Shown in pieces: positions 60,917 to 64,000 of a stretch of DNA of 64,000 nucleotides (positions are counted from its first letter, which is position 1; each line of letters opens with the position of its first letter). This stretch comes from an uncultured SAR86 cluster bacterium (lineage in GTDB: Bacteria > Pseudomonadota > Gammaproteobacteria > Magnimaribacterales > D2472), in assembly GCA_902593675.1 (NCBI GenBank), contig CACJJI010000004.1, positions 6,170-70,169 on the forward strand, given 5' to 3'. Under the pieces are notes generated by a model. That model was not told the DNA's origin. It made no database searches and saw only the letters and a list, made by a program, of their open reading frames with translations. A program made the translations under genes and the position numbers.

Positions 60917-62252
60917 CAAGGCCCAGAAAAGAAAAGAAACCTATTACATCAGTCACAGTTGTTACAACAACGCTTCCAGCAATCGCTGGATCTTGATTAA
61001 ATTTTCGTAAAATTAAAGGTATAAAAATACCTGCAATTGCTGAGGATATTAAGTTTGCAATCATAGCCACACAAATCAGAGATGCAATAATCATGTCATC
61101 AAACCAGAGATAGGTTATTCCACCGACCAGGACGGCTAGCAAGATTCCATTAATAATTGAAACTGCTACTTCTCGTTTATATAACCATTTTAGATTAGAT
61201 TGATTAATTTGTTGTAGTGTTAATCCTCGAATCATAATTGTTAAAGTTTGAGTGCCAGCAACTCCACCCATACTTGCAACAATTGGCATCAAGATAGCTA
61301 AATATACTATTTGATCAATCGTTGCTTGAAAAAGGCTTATTGTCATGGATGCTATAAATGCTGTCAGGAGATTAATAGACAGCCATAAAATTCTACTCCG
61401 TGCAGCTCGAGCTGGCGGTGCAAATGTATCCTCAGCAACTCCAGCCATCCCAAGAAAATTTTGATCCGCATCTTCCATTATTACATCAACAACATCATCA
61501 ATTGTTACTCTTCCAATCAATCTTGATTCATCATCTATTACTGGAGCTGAGACCCAATCATTTTGTTCGAATAATCTTGATACGTCTTTATCATTTAAAT
61601 TTGCTTCTAAAGGTTGAGTTTCAGTTTCCATTAGCTCTCTGACGTTGAGAGCCGGATCTGAGACAACAATTAAGGAAATTGGCAGAGAGCCAAGATATTT
61701 ATTTTCTCTCGAAACAACAAAGATTTGATCAGTATTTTTAGGTAACTCTCTTTGAGCACGCAGATATCTCATCACTACTTCTAAGTTGTGCTTTGGCCTG
61801 ACACTTATAACATCAGTATTCATAAGTCCACCAGCTGAATCTTCTGGATATACTAGGGCTTCTCGAATTCTTTGCCTATCTCTTTGCGACATAGCAGACA
61901 AAATGTTTTCTGTTTTTTGATCTGGAAGAATTTGGAGAATATCAACAATTTCATCTAGCTCTAAATCACGAATTATAGTAATTAGCTCTTCCGGTGAAAT
62001 CTCTGAAATGAGCTCTTGCTGAATTTCATCATGTAACTCTGCAATGATCTCGCCTTCATTTTGTGTATCAATTAGTGACCATAAAAATTTTCTTTCTTTA
62101 GGCGGCAAAGACTCTATGCTGTGCGCTACTTCTGAAGGATGCATTCCAGATAGAATTCTCTTAATCTGATTGATAGAGGGCTCTACCTCTTGCCCCTGAA
62201 TCTTTTTAAGAAGATCTTCAGACGAGAATTTATGAGGGGTTATCTCATTCAT
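60897..62252 (-). CDS. mgtE: Magnesium transporter MgtE
   Basis: Contains an N-terminal MgtE-N domain, a CBS pair and five C-terminal TM segments (MPIVASMGGVAGTQ). Confidence 0.92.
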   Translation of the reverse strand: MNEITPHKFSSEDLLKKIQGQEVEPSINQIKRILSGMHPSEVAHSIESLPPKERKFLWSLIDTQNEGEIIAELHDEIQQELISEISPEELITIIRDLELDEIVDILQILPDQKTENILSAMSQRDRQRIREALVYPEDSAGGLMNTDVISVRPKHNLEVVMRYLRAQRELPKNTDQIFVVSRENKYLGSLPISLIVVSDPALNVRELMETETQPLEANLNDKDVSRLFEQNDWVSAPVIDDESRLIGRVTIDDVVDVIMEDADQNFLGMAGVAEDTFAPPARAARSRILWLSINLLTAFIASMTISLFQATIDQIVYLAILMPIVASMGGVAGTQTLTIMIRGLTLQQINQSNLKWLYKREVAVSIINGILLAVLVGGITYLWFDDMIIASLICVAMIANLISSAIAGIFIPLILRKFNQDPAIAGSVVVTTVTDVIGFFSFLGLATLFLV

Positions 62253-62282
62253 ACTCCCAATTCTAACTTACTAAATTATAAA

Positions 62283-63548
62283 TTATCTATTTCTTGAACT
62301 TGGTAGGTTTATTTTTTTTCGATATTTTGAGATTGTTCTTCGAGCAAGGTTAAATCCCCGTTTATTGAGCAGATCTGAAATTTTTTGATCGCTTAATTTT
62401 TTTCTTTCTCCTTCAACTATCTTTTGAATTTCTTCCATTAATTGTGTTGGAGTAACTTTTCTAGTTTTAGAAACAGAGCTAGCTAAGAGTGATTTCATTG
62501 AGATAGCACCTTTGGGTGTTTGAATATATTTTGATCTTAAAATTCTTGAGACAGTTGATGCACTAATTTTTAGCTCTTTTGCAAGCTCAATATTTGATAC
62601 AGGTTTCAATTCAGCGGACTTATTTGATAGAAAATCAGCTTGTATTTTGCAAATCAATGTACCTACATTTTGAACAGTTTCATTTCTTTTATGGATTGCC
62701 CTAATCAACCACTTTGCTTCTCCCATTTTTTCTTTTAGTGCTTTGCTTGCTTTATTTTGTTTATTTTTAACTAATTTCTCTAAATCTTCATCAAGGCTGA
62801 TCAAAGGAAAGTTATCTTGTTTAAACCTTACACTAAGGTTTTGATTGTTATCCGGAATCACTTCTAAGTCTGGTTGGATAAGATGAGTTGATTCAAATTT
62901 TAAACCCGGTGACAAATTGCATTGTTTAATTTTTTTAAGTGTAGAATGAATAGAATGTTCAGAGTAATGTGTCGCTAAATGAGCTTTTGCATCCTCAAAA
63001 TTAGAGAATTGAGGATCAAATAAAATTTTATTTGCAATTTCTAATTCCTCGATTGGGAGAAGTTGTTTCTTTAATTGTATATAAATTGTTTCTTTGAAAT
63101 TTCTAGCACCAATCCCATATGGATCTAGCTCCTGAATAACATTATGTAAGACATTTTTTATTTCTTTTATAGAATAGGCATACTCCATCATCTCTTCTAT
63201 TTCATCTAGATCTATTTGAAGCAAGCCATTTTCTTCCAAAGACTGGATAATTACTAATGCAATTTTTGTTTCTGCATTGCTAAGCTTTATTTCTTGTAAT
63301 TGGTTTTTAAGATGGTTTTGTAAAGTTAATTCATTGGGTAAATTCTCCAAAAGATCCGCGCCATCAAAGCTTGAAGTTGGCTCATCATCAAAGTCTTTTT
63401 TAAGAAAAGGATTTTTTTCAATCTCACTATTAATTTTATTAATAATTTCAAGTCTTGATAGCTGCAGAAGATCAATTGATTTTTTTAATTGCGGAGTTAT
63501 TGATAGCTGTTGATTTTGTTTAAATTCTCTTACAAGTTTAATCACCAT
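62283..63548 (-). CDS. rpoN: RNA polymerase sigma-54 factor (short form)
   Basis: Has region I (QQLSITPQLKKSIDLLQLS) and the C-terminal RpoN box ARRTISKYR. It lies directly downstream of lptB. Confidence 0.9.
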   Translation of the reverse strand: MVIKLVREFKQNQQLSITPQLKKSIDLLQLSRLEIINKINSEIEKNPFLKKDFDDEPTSSFDGADLLENLPNELTLQNHLKNQLQEIKLSNAETKIALVIIQSLEENGLLQIDLDEIEEMMEYAYSIKEIKNVLHNVIQELDPYGIGARNFKETIYIQLKKQLLPIEELEIANKILFDPQFSNFEDAKAHLATHYSEHSIHSTLKKIKQCNLSPGLKFESTHLIQPDLEVIPDNNQNLSVRFKQDNFPLISLDEDLEKLVKNKQNKASKALKEKMGEAKWLIRAIHKRNETVQNVGTLICKIQADFLSNKSAELKPVSNIELAKELKISASTVSRILRSKYIQTPKGAISMKSLLASSVSKTRKVTPTQLMEEIQKIVEGERKKLSDQKISDLLNKRGFNLARRTISKYRKKINLPSSRNR

Positions 63549-63551
63549 GTT

Positions 63552-64000
63552 TTAAGAAAACATTTTTCCAAAATATTTTTCTTGAACATGAGGATTTTCT
63601 TTTAAGCTTTTCTCACTGCCTTCAGCAATAATGTTACCCTCACTGAGTATAATAGCTTTATCGCATAAGCTTAATGTTTCTCTAACATTGTGGTCTGTAA
63701 TTAAAATCGAAATATTTTTATTACAAATTTCTTGAAGTAACTCTTTGATTTCTTCAACAGCAATTGGGTCAATTCCAGCAAAAGGCTCATCTAGAAGCAT
63801 GATGCTTGGCTCACAAATCAAAGTGCGTGCTATTTCAACTTTTCTTCTCTGCCCGCCGGATAACATTCTTCCCTTAATGTTAAGGATTTTTTTTAAATCA
63901 AACTCATTGACAATTTTGGTTACTTTTTGAATTGTTTGATCTTTATTTTGATTGCTTACTTCTGCTATCCCTAAAAGATTATTTTCAACACTTAGATCTG
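63552..64000 (-). CDS. lptB: LPS export ABC transporter ATPase LptB (5' end outside the window)
   Basis: Carries the ABC signature LSGGQRRKVEIAR, the Walker B motif MLLDEPFAGID and an H-loop (ITDHN). My own translation shows the frame stays open upstream of the listed Met all the way to nt 64000. Confidence 0.88.
   Translation of the reverse strand, partial: DLSVENNLLGIAEVSNQNKDQTIQKVTKIVNEFDLKKILNIKGRMLSGGQRRKVEIARTLICEPSIMLLDEPFAGIDPIAVEEIKELLQEICNKNISILITDHNVRETLSLCDKAIILSEGNIIAEGSEKSLKENPHVQEKYFGKMFS

Noticed and set aside
62253-62282. M-box (ykoK) Mg2+ riboswitch upstream of mgtE
   Set aside because: Only 30 nt separate mgtE from rpoN, far too short for the roughly 160-nt element.

Overview
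This is an almost gap-free, AT-rich and apparently streamlined gammaproteobacterial chromosome segment. I cannot name the taxon; a marine, SAR86-like lifestyle is only a guess from composition and compaction. Most of the window is core housekeeping sequence in blocks whose order matches E. coli and Pseudomonas: valS; pepA<>lptF-lptG; dapE-dapD-glnD-map (minus strand); carA-carB-greA; rlmE-ftsH-glmM-tpiA-secG; tRNA-fMet-rimP-nusA-infB-rbfA-truB-rpsO-pnp; lolB-ispE-tRNA-Gln-prs-rplY-pth-ychF (minus strand) <> hemA-prfA-prmC; gatCAB <> mreBCD-yhdP-like; mgtE; and lptB-rpoN (minus strand). I read four tRNAs directly from the sequence: Leu-GAG, initiator Met, elongator Met and Gln-UUG. I found no rRNA, CRISPR array, transposase, integrase, phage gene or recognisable defence or toxin system, so the 'novel system' prompt is not clearly met.

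Three regions are not explained by core functions. (1) A roughly 0.75-kb islet between pnp and tRNA-Met encodes two tandem, mutually similar peptides of about 75 aa, each with two hydrophobic segments. A palindromic leader precedes the pair and a strong internal terminator separates them. (2) A seven-gene accessory block at 44.6-51.9 kb lies between prmC and gatB. It combines an acyl-CoA ligase, a MaoC hydratase, a PAPS-type sulfotransferase, an SDR, a truncated cytoplasmic alkyl-sulfatase-like MBL protein with a Q-for-H metal-motif variant, a Zn-ADH and a membrane fatty-acid hydroxylase. (3) An SDR / orphan carboxyltransferase / membrane alpha/beta-hydrolase operon sits at 0.4-3.8 kb.

Smaller oddities:
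- Divergent gene pairs overlap head-to-head.
- tRNA-Leu is inverted relative to secG.
- The initiator tRNA has a U1xU72 mismatch.
- The rpsO-pnp junction is only 12 nt.
- Several operon junctions use TTGA start/stop overlaps.
- The L25 gene ends in a tandem-repeat acidic tail.
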